DNA from: an uncultured Nitrososphaerales archaeon
GTDB taxonomy: Archaea; Thermoproteota; Nitrososphaeria; Nitrososphaerales; Nitrososphaeraceae
Length of the DNA: 64,000 nucleotides
Reading direction: 5' to 3'
Assembly (NCBI GenBank): GCA_963695855.1
Contig: CAVOHZ010000008.1
Location: 384,001-448,000, forward strand
How positions within the stretch are numbered: position 1 is the stretch's first letter; every line of letters begins with the position of its first letter. This document shows positions 1-10,791 of the stretch, one piece after another. The notes below the pieces were generated by a model. The model had not been told where the DNA came from. It ran no database searches and saw only the letters and a program-made list of their open reading frames with translations. Both the position numbers and the translations under genes were made by a program.

Positions 1-297
1 AAAAAAGCAGATATATCAAAGACATATATAATATTTTCATGTCGTAAAACAGAAGCAGTTGATGCCATAAATTTAGTTTTAATTATATTTTCGTATAAAC
101 TTACTGATAAATATATTGATATAGAGGACAAGATTAGCCTTCAAAAAATATCTTTAGATTTAATTAGAAAATGGTATACTAATAAATTTATTAAAAATAT
201 AATAAATCGAATTATACTTAGGTCTATAGGGAAGGTAAATATTGATTATACATTTAAGTATCTTAAAAATTGGATATGCTGCCAATTATTTGAATAA
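1..297 (+). CDS. 3' end of a CDS truncated by the window edge (hypothetical protein)
   Basis: Frame 1 is open for 98 codons up to TAA at 295-297 (KKADISK...ILRSIGKVNIDYTFKYLKNWICCQLFE*), which is unlikely by chance in DNA this AT-rich. Function not identified. Confidence 0.5.
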   Translation, partial: KKADISKTYIIFSCRKTEAVDAINLVLIIFSYKLTDKYIDIEDKISLQKISLDLIRKWYTNKFIKNIINRIILRSIGKVNIDYTFKYLKNWICCQLFE

Positions 298-614
298 AGT
301 ATGGAACATTATTAATTAAAATTGATTCTGCGAGTAGATTTCATTGGCTGTATTTGTTTAGTTTAATACCACTCTTGGGATGCAATGTATGGGAACATGC
401 ATACTATCTCAAATATCAAAATAAGTGACTTGATTACATTTTTCCTTGGTAGAATGTTATAGACTGGGAAAACGTTTCACAACGTTTCAATAAAATCACT
501 AAATAAATTTTTTTATCGAAATATCTAATCTAGATAGTAATTTACATATTTCCTATAAAATGGACAAAAAAGTAAAAATATGATACAACAATACAAGATT
601 TCAAGTTAAGCATC

Positions 615-2078
615 ATGAATAGTGAAAGTGTATTCGATTTAATAGTTATAGGAACAGGATCAGCTGCATCAGCAGCTGCTCATGAATGTCGTTCAAAAGG
701 ATGGAGTGTATCTATAATAGATTCATTACCCTTTGGAGGCACATGTACATTACGTGGATGCGATCCAAAGAAGGTGTTAGTGGAAGCAGCCAAGATTATC
801 GACTCAAACCAGAGACATCAGAATAAAGGTATAACTGGTTCACAGGGAATAAATATAAAATGGTCAGATTTGATACGTTTCAAACGCACTTTTACTGAAC
901 CTTTTCCTGAACATAGAGAAAATGGCTACATCAAAGCTGGAATCAACGTATTTCATGGTCATGCTAAATTCATTGACAGAAATAACATTCAAGTTGAAGA
1001 AAATAATAATAATAATAATAATGATAATAAAAAGAAAACCACTGTTCTTAATAGTAGATATATTCTAATAGCAACCGGGGCAAAACCTATGAATCTGAAT
1101 ATTCTTGGGTCAGAGAATATTATTACGAGCGATGATTTCCTAGAGTTTAGTGAAGATCGTTTACCTGATAGAATTGTATTTGTAGGAGGTGGATATATCT
1201 CATTTGAATTTGCGCATATTGCTGCTCGTGCAGGAGTAAAGAAGATTACTATTCTACATCGAGGCAAACAACCATTAGAGCACTTCGATCCAGACCTTGT
1301 GAATCAATTGGTCCTACGGTCTCGAGATATCGGGATAAACGTGCAGGTTGGAAGAACTGTCAAGAAAATCGAAAAGCTGTCTGACGATAAATTACTAGTT
1401 ATACATTCAAGTAGTAATGTTTCAGACACTTCTATAACTACTACAGAGGAGAAAATGATTTCAGACGAGCAAATAGACGAAGCTGACTTGGTAGTACATG
1501 GAGCAGGCAGGATACCAAATATTGAAGGACTAAATCTAATTGCAGGCAATATAGAACATACTGACGGTAGAGGTATAAAAGTAAATGAATATCTCCAAAG
1601 TGTTTCAAATCCATCTGTATATGCAGCAGGCGATGTTGCAGACAGTGGAGGTCTACCATTAACTCCGGTAGCAAGTTATGAAGGTGTTATTGTAGCAAAT
1701 AATTTAATCAATGGAAATACTCTTAAATCAAACTATACTGGCTTGCCAAGTGTTGTATTTACTATTCCTCCTCTAACGTCAGTAGGTATGCAAGAAAAAG
1801 AAGCCAAACAAAGTGGATTACAATTTAGAACCAAATACGAAAAAACTGACAGCTGGGCATCATCAAAAAGAGTAGGCGAGACTTGTTCAGGATTTAAGGT
1901 ATTAATTGAGAAAGATACTGATCGAATTTTAGGCGCTCACATACTGGGTCCACATGCTGAAGAAGTCATTAACATTTTCTCTTTAGCTATTCGATTAGGA
2001 CTATCTGCGAAGGATCTTAAGGATCCTTTATTGTATACCTATCCGACTAACTCATCGGATGTTGTATATATGTTATAA
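615..2078 (+). CDS. Class I pyridine nucleotide-disulfide oxidoreductase (glutathione reductase/dihydrolipoamide dehydrogenase-like)
   Basis: FAD motif GTGSAA, redox-active GGTCTLRGCDPKK, ATG motif, GGGYISFEFA, VYAAGD and C-terminal YPT. No MerA C-terminal CC pair. Confidence 0.9.
   Translation: MNSESVFDLIVIGTGSAASAAAHECRSKGWSVSIIDSLPFGGTCTLRGCDPKKVLVEAAKIIDSNQRHQNKGITGSQGINIKWSDLIRFKRTFTEPFPEHRENGYIKAGINVFHGHAKFIDRNNIQVEENNNNNNNDNKKKTTVLNSRYILIATGAKPMNLNILGSENIITSDDFLEFSEDRLPDRIVFVGGGYISFEFAHIAARAGVKKITILHRGKQPLEHFDPDLVNQLVLRSRDIGINVQVGRTVKKIEKLSDDKLLVIHSSSNVSDTSITTTEEKMISDEQIDEADLVVHGAGRIPNIEGLNLIAGNIEHTDGRGIKVNEYLQSVSNPSVYAAGDVADSGGLPLTPVASYEGVIVANNLINGNTLKSNYTGLPSVVFTIPPLTSVGMQEKEAKQSGLQFRTKYEKTDSWASSKRVGETCSGFKVLIEKDTDRILGAHILGPHAEEVINIFSLAIRLGLSAKDLKDPLLYTYPTNSSDVVYML
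1002..1022 (+). repeat. (AAT)7 microsatellite encoding poly-Asn inside the oxidoreductase
   Basis: Read directly from the sequence. Confidence 0.9.
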
Positions 2079-3039
2079 TCAATTGTTATCTACATATTTT
2101 TCTAACTAAATTAAATAAGATCCAAAAAACTGCGATTATTCTTATCACAATAAAATTAATATATTTTATAAACTCTGACCAAGAAACTAAATGTAACGCA
2201 TAGGTAGCGACCGTGCTATGTTCGATTTCTTTGAAACAGAAGTATGGACATTAGAATAGAAATAGAACATTCATAGCTAAATCGAGACAGTTAAATTAAT
2301 GCGTAATAGCTTTAACATGACGTTCATTCTATTTTTATTTTTTATAATATTGAAAGCCAATTACCTTCAATGTATCGCAATAATTCTATAGTCAAAAACT
2401 AATCTAGACTGTTAGTAAAAATTAAAAAAATTGTTAAAATAATACATATCTATTCATGTGTCAGAATAACAATTTGTTTCTGACGATCTTCATATTATTT
2501 AATATAGCTAGCTTTATAATTATGTAACCTTAATTTCATGTTACTCAAATAAACCTGTATGATAATGATTTAAATAGAAAGAGTATTTACTACTAATCTA
2601 TATATTTTATTTATCATGTACATTGAATTTCTTATTTATGAAGATGCTAAAACTACAGGAGAATCAAATAAATCCAAAAAATGATTGAATTATATTAGAG
2701 CAATGTTGTTTATATGAATATACACTTATAATTCTAATTTGACGTTACTTATAATATCAATTTCCAAAGAATTTTAAGATTCTTTATATTTTTATAGGAA
2801 CTTGAAAAGAATGTCATATCAAGTGTCCATGAAATCGATTTATTTAAATTGAAAAAATACTTTTTATAAACTTAATTAAATTAAATTAAATTCAAAATAT
2901 AGCTAATATGTTGCGCAAAAGTTGATATTCATATTCCAAGTAGAATCAACAAATGTGTTATTGCTCTAGTCATTTATAAAATTTTCCCTAAACTCAAAAA
3001 TATAATTTATTAGTAACCCATCATATCAATAGATCACAA

Positions 3040-3501
3040 ATGCCCGTTCCAAATTCAGTTTATTCCTATGGTCTAATGATCGCTGGATCAGTTTTTATTG
3101 CTGTAGCAATATATTCAGTAATATATTCTAACACTTCTGTGAAAGTCGATCTCGATGGAGTTATTAAGCCTGGTTCACAAGATATACTTACTCCAAATAT
3201 GGAAATTGGAAGAAATACTGTATTAGAGGTATCAGGATCGCTCTTTAATGTATCTATAACATTTCCTAATAAAACATCCTACCTACTGATAAATAATGCT
3301 TCTAACTTTGAATATGATATTGAAGCTAAACAAAATGGAGAGCATATAATAAAAATCTTTAATTTTGGAAATTCTGAAGTTCTTATTGACGGATATGCTT
3401 ATACTAAGGGAAATCAAATTGCTCTAGTTGGTCAATTAATGTTACTGGCTACAGGGATAGTAATTCTGTGGATGGGTATAAGAATTAGAAGAAGAAATTA
3501 A
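3040..3501 (+). CDS. Hypothetical membrane protein (N- and C-terminal TM helices flanking a beta-rich domain)
   Basis: 153-aa ORF with two hydrophobic segments. Confidence 0.75.
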   Translation: MPVPNSVYSYGLMIAGSVFIAVAIYSVIYSNTSVKVDLDGVIKPGSQDILTPNMEIGRNTVLEVSGSLFNVSITFPNKTSYLLINNASNFEYDIEAKQNGEHIIKIFNFGNSEVLIDGYAYTKGNQIALVGQLMLLATGIVILWMGIRIRRRN

Positions 3502-4322
3502 AATATTCCTTTTTTATAGGAACCTAATAATTTATAAAATTTTGATTTCTTTTTTATATTCTCTAAAGTTCTTTTTATCTTTTGATCCATATAATGTCCT
3601 TCCAAATCAACATAAAAATAATATTCCCACGGAGTCTCCTTGGTTGGACGGGATTCAATTTTAGTTAGATTGATACTCTCTTTGGCAAATTCATTTAATA
3701 CCTTAAATAATGATCCCGGACTATGTTCTAAGCCAAATATTATTGATGTTCTATCATTACCTGTTGACTTTGTTGTTATTTTTTTTGAAATTACAAAAAA
3801 CCTAGTAAAATTATTCTTTCTATCCTCTATTCCTTCATCAATGATTTTCATCTCATATAATTCTGCAGCCCATTTACTTGCAATTGCTGCTGAATCTGTC
3901 ATATTGTCTTCTTTGACCATTTTTACCGCTCCTGCAGTATCGTATGAAGGAATAGGTTCTAGTTTTTTTTGGTAGATATATTCTCTGCATTGAGCAAGAG
4001 CCTGAGGATGTGAAAATACTCTTAATATTTTTTCATCATGTCGCTGATTAACGATTAAACAATGATGAATCCTTTGGAAAATTTCGCCAACTATTTGTAT
4101 TCTATTTTTTAATAGTAAATCATAATTTTCATTCACACTACCCTCTATAGAGTTTTCTATTGGGACGACTGCAAGATCATTTTCGCTTCTTACGACCGAA
4201 TCAAAGACTTGTTGAAAAGATCTCATGGGTACTGTAATAGAGTCTGGAAAAAGTGTCAAAACTGCCATTTCACTATAAGCTCCATTTTCTCCTTGAAAAG
4301 CGACTTTATGTTTAATTTCCAA
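3498..4322 (-). CDS. pheA: Prephenate dehydratase
   Basis: VAFQGENGAYS, VPIENSIEGSV, SHPQALAQC, NFTRF and ACT-domain NLTKIESRP motifs. Confidence 0.96.
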   Translation of the reverse strand: MEIKHKVAFQGENGAYSEMAVLTLFPDSITVPMRSFQQVFDSVVRSENDLAVVPIENSIEGSVNENYDLLLKNRIQIVGEIFQRIHHCLIVNQRHDEKILRVFSHPQALAQCREYIYQKKLEPIPSYDTAGAVKMVKEDNMTDSAAIASKWAAELYEMKIIDEGIEDRKNNFTRFFVISKKITTKSTGNDRTSIIFGLEHSPGSLFKVLNEFAKESINLTKIESRPTKETPWEYYFYVDLEGHYMDQKIKRTLENIKKKSKFYKLLGSYKKGIF

Positions 4323-4452
4323 TTTTAATATTATAACAGAAACGGATCTTTTATGTTTGATGCATCATTTTTTTATTTTAGTTTATTTTAAATTATATTA
4401 TATTATATTGAAACATTTCAATATTTTCTAGATTTAAATTAACTTGAGACAT

Positions 4453-6276
4453 CTAATTTGTTTTAAATAGCTTGATTTCTGTTGATGTCAAAATAGCGTT
4501 TAAAAGTTTTTTTCCATATTCTGATCTCTTGTCAATTTTTATCCTAGCTTTTTTCCCAATTTGAGAACTAAACAAAAATTCATTATCGACATAAATCCCA
4601 ACATTTGCACCTATTTCTTTGTTGTTAATTATGAATAATATTGATGAACCAGATTCATTAATTTGATAATCTACATTATTTCCAAGGACAGGAGTCTTTG
4701 CTTCAATATCAATTTTCATTCCTATTATTTCTTCTAATTCTGTAACAGTAGCTCCACCTTTTCCTATTATTCTCGGAATGAATTCCTTGTCTACCTTTAT
4801 TCTTACTTTGTTATTGGATACTATTTCTATTTCAGCATTAGGATCGAATCTTCTTACCACATCTTTGATTTTGGATTCTGCTATTTTCTTAAGTTTATTA
4901 TTTGACTCTTTGTTTGATGATATTTCTCTTACAGGCACTACAATATTTTCCTCACCGTAGGTATAAATCTCATATTCTAATTGACCTGTTTCATAGTCAA
5001 AAATTTCAACTAAAGGTCTAGCAAGATCTTCTTCAACCATTCCTGAAGGAACCTTAACGGTTAATCTAAGATCATAGACCTTGTTTATTAAACCGTCTTT
5101 TAAAAATATTATTGTATCCAAAATATGGGGAATCATTCCCATCTCTATTTTACCAATAAATCTCTGAACCGCATCTATAGGACTATTAGCATGAATAATT
5201 CCAATCATTCCAACTCCTGAAAGTCTCATGTCTGCGAATACGTTAAAATCTCTAATCCTTCTGATCTCATCAAAAATAGTGTAATCTGGTCTAACCAGTA
5301 GTAATATATCAACCGATTTTTCAAAACTTCCTTCTAGTGGGCTATATTGTGTAACTTCTTTTGGTACCTGCAAATCTCTTGGTGATTCAAACGTTTTTAC
5401 TATTTTACCTTTTTTTGTATAATATTCTGCGAGACTACTGGCTAATGTACTCTTTCCTGAACCCGGGGGTCCAGCTATAACGATTCCTTCTGCTTTTTCA
5501 TCTAAACGTTTCAAAAGTTTTTCACTTAATTTGTAGTCATCCAATGAAAGATGAACTATTGGTCTAACAATGGTAATTTCGATGGCATCTGAAAATGGAG
5601 GTCGAGTTATGGTTATTCTATATGTACCAAATTGAATAACATTAGCTCCTTCTCGATTTATTTCATATAATTTGTTAGCGTTAGGTGGATTAAATTCATA
5701 GATCTCTTTGATTAACTCCTTCAGAAAGTCGCTGTTTATCGCTTTTTCATCTAATCTTACTAGCTGAAAATTTCCTGGACGTCCAATCTTAGCATACGGA
5801 CAAACCCCATCTTTTAAGTGAACACTCATCGTTTGTTCGGAAAAGAATTTTTCAAATTTGAATTCTTTAATTTTATTATTTGGTTTTATGAGAATGGATT
5901 CAATTCCTTGTGCTAAAGCTGCAATATGTTGAACGTAATCCGCAGTAATGATAATTCCCTCTTCTTCTAATGCAATTTGATTGATAATGGCATCAATCCT
6001 TCCATGTTTTGCTAATAGTATGTCATCATAATCTGGTCTTTTTCCCGAAAAACTTAATTTAATTGTTCTTTTTCGACATTCTTCCCTTATCTCTTTAATT
6101 TCTTGTAAACCCACAAAACCATGTTCTCTATTTGTTGATGCCTGTGCTTGTAGTTCATCCAAAACTGCATGAGGAATTATTATTTCATCATTTTCGTTTA
6201 TTTTACCTGAATACAACATTTTGGTTATTTCTTTATCGATTACTATACTTGTGTCTAAGACAAACTTTTTCCCCAA
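4453..6276 (-). CDS. PINc/VapC-family ATPase with KH domain (PINA)
   Basis: N-terminal PIN (VLDTS), Walker A GPPGSGKST, FDEIR, and KH motif IIGKGG. Confidence 0.92.
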   Translation of the reverse strand: MGKKFVLDTSIVIDKEITKMLYSGKINENDEIIIPHAVLDELQAQASTNREHGFVGLQEIKEIREECRKRTIKLSFSGKRPDYDDILLAKHGRIDAIINQIALEEEGIIITADYVQHIAALAQGIESILIKPNNKIKEFKFEKFFSEQTMSVHLKDGVCPYAKIGRPGNFQLVRLDEKAINSDFLKELIKEIYEFNPPNANKLYEINREGANVIQFGTYRITITRPPFSDAIEITIVRPIVHLSLDDYKLSEKLLKRLDEKAEGIVIAGPPGSGKSTLASSLAEYYTKKGKIVKTFESPRDLQVPKEVTQYSPLEGSFEKSVDILLLVRPDYTIFDEIRRIRDFNVFADMRLSGVGMIGIIHANSPIDAVQRFIGKIEMGMIPHILDTIIFLKDGLINKVYDLRLTVKVPSGMVEEDLARPLVEIFDYETGQLEYEIYTYGEENIVVPVREISSNKESNNKLKKIAESKIKDVVRRFDPNAEIEIVSNNKVRIKVDKEFIPRIIGKGGATVTELEEIIGMKIDIEAKTPVLGNNVDYQINESGSSILFIINNKEIGANVGIYVDNEFLFSSQIGKKARIKIDKRSEYGKKLLNAILTSTEIKLFKTN

Positions 6277-6472
6277 TTAATTCATATTTGTATTTCATCT
6301 AGCGTAATTAAGATTTATTCTCTTGTTGCGAAACATTTATTCATTTATCTCCTTTATTGTGTGGTTTACATTTGACAGACATTGGATAATGGTTAGCTAG
6401 CTTTTAGAATGTTAATTACCAAAAATATTGAACACCCTTTGATTTAAAAAGAAATCAACTATTATTTTTGAG

Positions 6473-6988
6473 ATGGTTATACTATCAAAGGAAAATAATA
6501 AACTAAGGCTGGAGGAATTTCGTATATTGTTAAAATATATGCCTTTTTTACAAAAAAATGGATTTTCTGATTGTGGGCGTGGTCAAATTATAGGTCAAAT
6601 GTTCCTATTACAAGAATTTCTTAATGAAAACCAAATAAATAATGAAGTTGTAAATATACAACAAGAGAATTCTGTTTTAAATGATAGTTTACAAGATAAT
6701 ACTTCCAATACGGAATCTCCTCCACCACAATATTACGAAACTGTTCAACCTACGGAGTCCAAATCATCTAACACCGAACCCAAAAATAAAACCTTTGACT
6801 TGAACAGTCTAATTTTAGAAGACGAAAATACGACAGATGAGGAAAATAAACTTGGTTCTCGTTGGTTGCGACCTTTTAAAACTGATGACAATGTAAAGAA
6901 AAAACCACTAGACTATTTTGAGAAGAATGAGATTACACAATCTTGGAAAGAAAAAATAAGGAAAATGACTCAAACCGATATACTCTAA
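6473..6988 (+). CDS. Hypothetical protein
   Basis: 171-aa ORF with a low-complexity acidic middle region. Confidence 0.65.
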   Translation: MVILSKENNKLRLEEFRILLKYMPFLQKNGFSDCGRGQIIGQMFLLQEFLNENQINNEVVNIQQENSVLNDSLQDNTSNTESPPPQYYETVQPTESKSSNTEPKNKTFDLNSLILEDENTTDEENKLGSRWLRPFKTDDNVKKKPLDYFEKNEITQSWKEKIRKMTQTDIL

Positions 6989-7000
6989 TTTTTAATGTAT

Positions 7001-8146
7001 TTATTTTTCATCAATCAGCATTCTCAATGCTGATTTAAATTCATCATTTGATAGCAGTGGAATTTCTGCTATTTTGATATTTTCCTTAACATGTTCCATT
7101 TTTTTCTGACCTAAAAGTGGAGCTATTATCCCTGGAGTCGATCTTATTATCTGAACTAATTTCAAAATTTGGTTGGTGATATTTTCTGCATAATCGGGAA
7201 TATTGGTATTTAATAATCTTCCCTGAAAAAGTGGAACACTAGAGAATACTCCAATCTGTAATTTCATGGCAGCATCTAGTATTGTTAGATTTTTCTCTTG
7301 GTCAATAGCTTGGTTCTTCAGAAAAAGAGCTTCACTGTATGCTAAATTATATGGAAGTTGAATGAAACGAAACCCATGTTCTTTTCCACCAACATTCCGA
7401 GCTAAATTATGTATCTCCTCAAGTGATAAATAATCTTTATTATCTTCATTTACACGAAAACATGTCCAAGTAGCCATTCCATAATACCTTATTCTCTTCT
7501 CGTTTCGGAATTTCTCATAAACTTCAAATACTTTATATAACATTTCTAAAAATTCTTTTTTGCTAACATCTTGATTCCAACTTTCAAAAGGATTATGGAT
7601 ATAAAGAAGATCCACTGTTTTCAATTTTAGATTGCATATAGATCTTTCAATACATTTTGATATGTAATTTGGGTTGAGAACATTATATCCTGAACTTATG
7701 TCTGCTGCTTTAATAACTCCAGTGGCTATGTACATTTTTTGCATATATTGTAACACATCAATTTGAGGAAAATCTCCATCATTTGTAATATATCCATTCT
7801 TTGTACTAATAAATATCTCATCTCGTGTGATTATTCCATCTTTTACTAATCTTTGCAATGCTCTTCCTATGCTTTTTTCCGATTTCATTGCCCTGTAGTT
7901 AATTGCAGTATCTATAACATTAATTGCGCCGGCTTTTACAGATTCATAAAGTGCATCTTCTATCTCTTTATCTTCATGTGCAGATAGATTTCCTAAATAA
8001 GTACCCATTCCAATACTTGATAGATATAAATCGTCAAATTTTTTGAAATGAGATTCTGCATTACCTTTTTTTAGTGAATTTTCCTTGAATCTTTTTGTTC
8101 CTTCAGTTGAAGCAAATCCTTCCAAATAAGAATTTTCATTTGACAA
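7001..8146 (-). CDS. Aldo/keto reductase family protein
   Basis: SSIGMGTY, DTAINYR, ISTKNG, DLLYIHNP and IQLPYN motifs. Confidence 0.9.
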   Translation of the reverse strand: MSNENSYLEGFASTEGTKRFKENSLKKGNAESHFKKFDDLYLSSIGMGTYLGNLSAHEDKEIEDALYESVKAGAINVIDTAINYRAMKSEKSIGRALQRLVKDGIITRDEIFISTKNGYITNDGDFPQIDVLQYMQKMYIATGVIKAADISSGYNVLNPNYISKCIERSICNLKLKTVDLLYIHNPFESWNQDVSKKEFLEMLYKVFEVYEKFRNEKRIRYYGMATWTCFRVNEDNKDYLSLEEIHNLARNVGGKEHGFRFIQLPYNLAYSEALFLKNQAIDQEKNLTILDAAMKLQIGVFSSVPLFQGRLLNTNIPDYAENITNQILKLVQIIRSTPGIIAPLLGQKKMEHVKENIKIAEIPLLSNDEFKSALRMLIDEK

Positions 8147-8240
8147 TAAAGTAAGTAGTTTTTATCTTCATATATTTTTAGTTGTTTTTTTTTATTTTCG
8201 CAAACAAAGGTGTATATGTAGTCGTTTCAAAATACTTGAC

Positions 8241-10541
8241 GTGAATAATAATTTGCCGGGTAGTAGTGTTAGTAGTGGTAGTGGTGGTTCCGGTACTGGC
8301 AGTATAGGTGGTAATAACAATAATAATAATAATAATAATAATAGCACAAGTGGTCCAGGTGCAGGAATATCTGATCACAACGCTTCTCTTAAAGTACTAG
8401 AGGCATACACACGTGATGTAGGTCGCGGAATTGCTCGAATTGATTATGACACTATGGATTCTTTAGCTGTTTCTACTGGTGATGTTGTAGAAATCAGAGG
8501 AAAGCGAAGAACCACTGCAAAATGTCTACCACTTTATCCTTCAGATGAAGGAAAAGGTATCATCAGAATTGATGGTCTTGTAAGAAATAATTCTGGAATT
8601 GCGATAGGTGATAGTGTTATAGTAAGAAAGATAAAAGCAGTTCCAGCTGAAAAAGCAATAGTGGCTCCTCTTGAAGCCATTCCTCCAATAGATGAACGTT
8701 ATCTTGCAGATGCACTGGAAAGTGTCCCAATTATCAAGGGAGATAACGTCATGGTTCCATACTTTGGAGGACGTCTAACATTTCAAGTTATTGGTGTTAC
8801 ACCTGCCAATGCAGATGCTGTACTTGTAACGCAGAAAACCATATTCCACATAGCAGAAAAAGGCGAGACTCTACGTGGAGTGCCACAAGTTACATATGAA
8901 GATATAGGTGGATTACGAGAAGAGATACAAAAAGTACGAGAAATGATTGAACTCCCATTAAGACATCCAGAAATATTTGAGAAATTGGGAATAGAGGCTC
9001 CAAAAGGTGTTCTTTTACATGGACCACCTGGAACAGGTAAAACTCTGCTTGCCAAAGCAGTTGCCAATGAAAGTAATTCTCATTTCATAAGCATTTCTGG
9101 TCCAGAAATCATGAGCAAGTTTTATGGAGAGTCTGAAGCCCGTCTTAGGGAAATATTCAAAGAAGCAAAAGAAAAGGCTCCCTCCATAATGTTTGTTGAC
9201 GAGATAGATTCAATCGCTCCAAAAAGAGAGGAAGTAACAGGCGAGGTGGAAAGAAGAGTTGTATCACAATTATTATCGTTAATGGATGGTCTTGAAGCAA
9301 GAGGTAAAGTTATAGTAATAGCCGCAACAAACAGACCAAATGCACTAGATCAAGCACTACGAAGACCGGGTCGTTTTGATAGAGAAATAGAGATCAAAGT
9401 CCCTGATAAACGTGGGAGATTGGAGATTTTACAGATTCATACCCGTAACATGCCACTTGATACAGATGTAGATCAAGACAAGATAGCAGCAATTACTCAT
9501 GGATTTGTTGGAGCTGATCTGGAATATCTATGTAAAGAAGCAGCAATGAAATGTCTTAGACGTCTTCTGCCAGAACTAAATCTAGAAGATGAAAAACTAG
9601 CACCAGAAGTATTGAACAAATTAATCATAACCATGAGCGATTTTAATCATGCTATAAAAGATGTAACGCCATCAGCAATGAGAGAAGTCTATCTGGAACC
9701 ACCAGAAGTACATTGGCCTGATATAGGTGGACTGGAAGAAGTTAAACATGAACTGCAAGAGGCAGTAGAATGGCCAATGCGTTTTCCAGATATGTACAAT
9801 AAACTAGGACATACCATACCAAAAGGTGTACTGTTATATGGTCCATCTGGAACAGGCAAGACCATGCTAGCTAAGGCCGTTGCAACAGAATCTGAAGCCA
9901 ATTTTATCAGTGTTAAAGGACCTGAACTGCTATCAAAATGGGTTGGTGAATCTGAAAAAGGCATTCGTGAAATCTTTAGACGCGCACGACAGGCCTCACC
10001 ATGTGTGATATTTTTTGATGAAATAGATTCTATAGCTCCTATCAGAGGGATGGAAGGGTCTGGTCATGCCAGTACAGAAAGGATGGTGTCCCAATTACTA
10101 ACAGAAATGGATGGTATTCAAGCTCTTTCTGGTGTAGTGGTTCTTGCTGCCACCAACCGTGCTGATATGATTGACCCTGCATTACTAAGACCAGGTAGAT
10201 TTGACAAGATAGTCTATGTGCCAAATCCCGACGTCAAGACAAGACAAAGAATACTGGATCTCAATATACAGGGAAAACCTGTCGGCAACGATCTGGACCT
10301 AGTACGCATAGCAGAGATAACAGACAGCTTTAGTGGAGCAGATGTTGCCGCCGTTGTGAATACTGCAATATCTCTTGTATTGCATGAATACATAGCAAAA
10401 TATCCTACACCTGAAGAAGCATCAAAACACACCATGGAAGCCAAGGTCACAATGCGTCACTTTGAAGACGCAGTAAGAAAGGTAAAGAATCAAAGAGAGA
10501 TGAAACCTGGAACAAAGAGTGGACATGTACAATACGGATAA
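8241..10541 (+). CDS. cdc48: CDC48/VCP family AAA+ ATPase
   Basis: Two AAA modules (GPPGTGKT and [18 protein letters not shown]), N-domain [11 protein letters not shown]-terminal QYG. Confidence 0.97.
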   Translation: MNNNLPGSSVSSGSGGSGTGSIGGNNNNNNNNNNSTSGPGAGISDHNASLKVLEAYTRDVGRGIARIDYDTMDSLAVSTGDVVEIRGKRRTTAKCLPLYPSDEGKGIIRIDGLVRNNSGIAIGDSVIVRKIKAVPAEKAIVAPLEAIPPIDERYLADALESVPIIKGDNVMVPYFGGRLTFQVIGVTPANADAVLVTQKTIFHIAEKGETLRGVPQVTYEDIGGLREEIQKVREMIELPLRHPEIFEKLGIEAPKGVLLHGPPGTGKTLLAKAVANESNSHFISISGPEIMSKFYGESEARLREIFKEAKEKAPSIMFVDEIDSIAPKREEVTGEVERRVVSQLLSLMDGLEARGKVIVIAATNRPNALDQALRRPGRFDREIEIKVPDKRGRLEILQIHTRNMPLDTDVDQDKIAAITHGFVGADLEYLCKEAAMKCLRRLLPELNLEDEKLAPEVLNKLIITMSDFNHAIKDVTPSAMREVYLEPPEVHWPDIGGLEEVKHELQEAVEWPMRFPDMYNKLGHTIPKGVLLYGPSGTGKTMLAKAVATESEANFISVKGPELLSKWVGESEKGIREIFRRARQASPCVIFFDEIDSIAPIRGMEGSGHASTERMVSQLLTEMDGIQALSGVVVLAATNRADMIDPALLRPGRFDKIVYVPNPDVKTRQRILDLNIQGKPVGNDLDLVRIAEITDSFSGADVAAVVNTAISLVLHEYIAKYPTPEEASKHTMEAKVTMRHFEDAVRKVKNQREMKPGTKSGHVQYG
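8313..8342 (+). repeat. AAT-rich repeat encoding Asn10 in the CDC48 N-terminal extension
   Basis: Read directly from the sequence. Confidence 0.9.
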
Positions 10542-10597
10542 CACGTCTAAATCAAAGCAAATAATTATCGATATTTTTTATTTTAAATGATTTTTTT

Positions 10598-10693
10598 TAT
10601 ATTTCAAGTTAAATTCTAATATATTTGAGTATATTTCAAGTTAAATTCTAATATATTTGAGTATATTTCAAGTTAAATTCTAATATATTTGAG
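10598..10693. repeat. Perfect 3 x 32-bp tandem repeat (TATATTTCAAGTTAAATTCTAATATATTTGAG)
   Basis: Identical units at 10598-10629, 10630-10661 and 10662-10693, with no spacers. Confidence 0.95.
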
Positions 10694-10791
10694 TTTTTTT
10701 ATTACTTACCTAATCACCTTATTATTTATATAATTATCTTTATATATTAAGAGAATTTAGATCAATCGATTTATAGGAAGATAGATAGATT

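Noticed and set aside
615-2078. Mercuric reductase merA
   Set aside because: No C-terminal Cys-Cys pair, no NmerA domain and no mer genes nearby.
10598-10693. Possible CRISPR array (32-bp repeats)
   Set aside because: The units are directly adjacent with no spacers, and no cas genes are present. It is a simple tandem repeat.
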